Below, in pieces: positions 38,001-38,671 of a stretch of DNA of 38,671 bases. A model generated the notes under the pieces. It ran no database searches. It saw only the letters and a program-made list of their open reading frames with translations, and was not told the DNA's origin. Positions within the stretch are counted from its first letter, which is position 1. Every line of letters begins with the position of its first letter. The stretch is from Candidatus Thorarchaeota archaeon (GTDB taxonomy: Archaea > Asgardarchaeota > Thorarchaeia > Thorarchaeales > Thorarchaeaceae), in NCBI GenBank assembly GCA_029858305.1, contig JAOUFI010000016.1, forward strand, positions 1 through 38,671. Reading direction: 5' to 3'. The position numbers and the translations under genes are program-made.

Positions 38001-38671
38001 ATGGCTATGCGAATTGGCGTGAATCTCTATCCTTCAGTGGGTGGTAGCGGTTATGTTGCTACTAGACTTGGCCAACACCTAGCAGATAAAGGACACCTGA
38101 TACACTTTATCACTTATCAGAGACCCTTCTCATTGATGTGGCAGCAGACAAAGGGTGTGTACGTTGATCTCGTCGATAGCTTTGACTATCCGTTATTCAA
38201 TTCGATTGGACCGCCGTATACTATGGCACTCACATCAAAGATTATCAAGGTGGCAAAGACTGCTGAGTTGGACCTGATCCACGCACATTATGCGATTCCT
38301 CATGCAATGGCGGCATACATGGCGCGTGAGATTATTGGTATACCCTATGTTGTAACACTTCATGGTTCAGACGTTCATACTCTAGGACAGGACCCTGCAT
38401 ACAAACCTGTGGTCCAGCATACTGTAGAGAGAGCAGATGCAGTGACAGCGGTCTCAGAATTTCTTGCAGACAAGGCTCACAAAGAACTTGGAATCAAGAG
38501 AGAGATCCATGTTATTCCTAACTTCATCGACACCGAGAAATTCACAGGGGTATCAGGCATCAGGCTTGTTGTTGAGAGTGGATGCATTTCCGTACGAAAA
38601 GAGGAGGATGCCTTCGAATTAGGTCCTGACGATAAGATATTACTTCACGCTTCCAATTTTCGAAAGGTAAA
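38001..38671 (+). CDS. bshA: GT4 glycosyltransferase, BshA-like N-acetyl-alpha-D-glucosaminyl L-malate synthase (3' end beyond window)
   Basis: Not in the ORF track because it has no stop in the window. My translation gives MAMRIGVNLYPSVGGSGYVATRLG, LDLIHAHYAIPHA, TLHGSDV, VTAVS, IPNFID and HASNFRKV, all BshA-type blocks. AGGAG SD upstream. Confidence 0.85.
   Translation, partial: MAMRIGVNLYPSVGGSGYVATRLGQHLADKGHLIHFITYQRPFSLMWQQTKGVYVDLVDSFDYPLFNSIGPPYTMALTSKIIKVAKTAELDLIHAHYAIPHAMAAYMAREIIGIPYVVTLHGSDVHTLGQDPAYKPVVQHTVERADAVTAVSEFLADKAHKELGIKREIHVIPNFIDTEKFTGVSGIRLVVESGCISVRKEEDAFELGPDDKILLHASNFRKV

Overview
Gene-dense archaeal chromosomal window with about 36 CDS and no rRNA, tRNA, CRISPR array or transposase that I can see. 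A Rab-like GTPase, GGTGA/GGAG Shine-Dalgarno sites, apparently leaderless genes, a tungsten AOR and archaeal-type enzymes point to an Asgard archaeon, probably Thorarchaeia (inference). Metabolic content includes a flavoprotein/Fe-ADH/AOR operon, PepD, an ABC exporter, lipoate ligase, a GalK-like kinase, an fhs-folD-ftcd folate C1 operon divergent from a form IV RuBisCO-like protein, and a phosphohexomutase near a divergent bshB-like/bshA-like pair (bshA runs off the window and is missing from the ORF track). Top leads: (1) a 129-aa coiled-coil + Pro-rich + Ena/VASP F-actin-binding-like helix protein (36851-37240), a candidate minimal Asgard actin regulator; (2) a 54-bp direct repeat (50/54 identical) bracketing a 2.9-kb orphan-rich block next to the Rab gene; (3) a RuBisCO-like protein linked to folate C1 genes; (4) bacillithiol-type thiol synthesis genes in an archaeon. 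All family calls come from motif recognition, not database searches.
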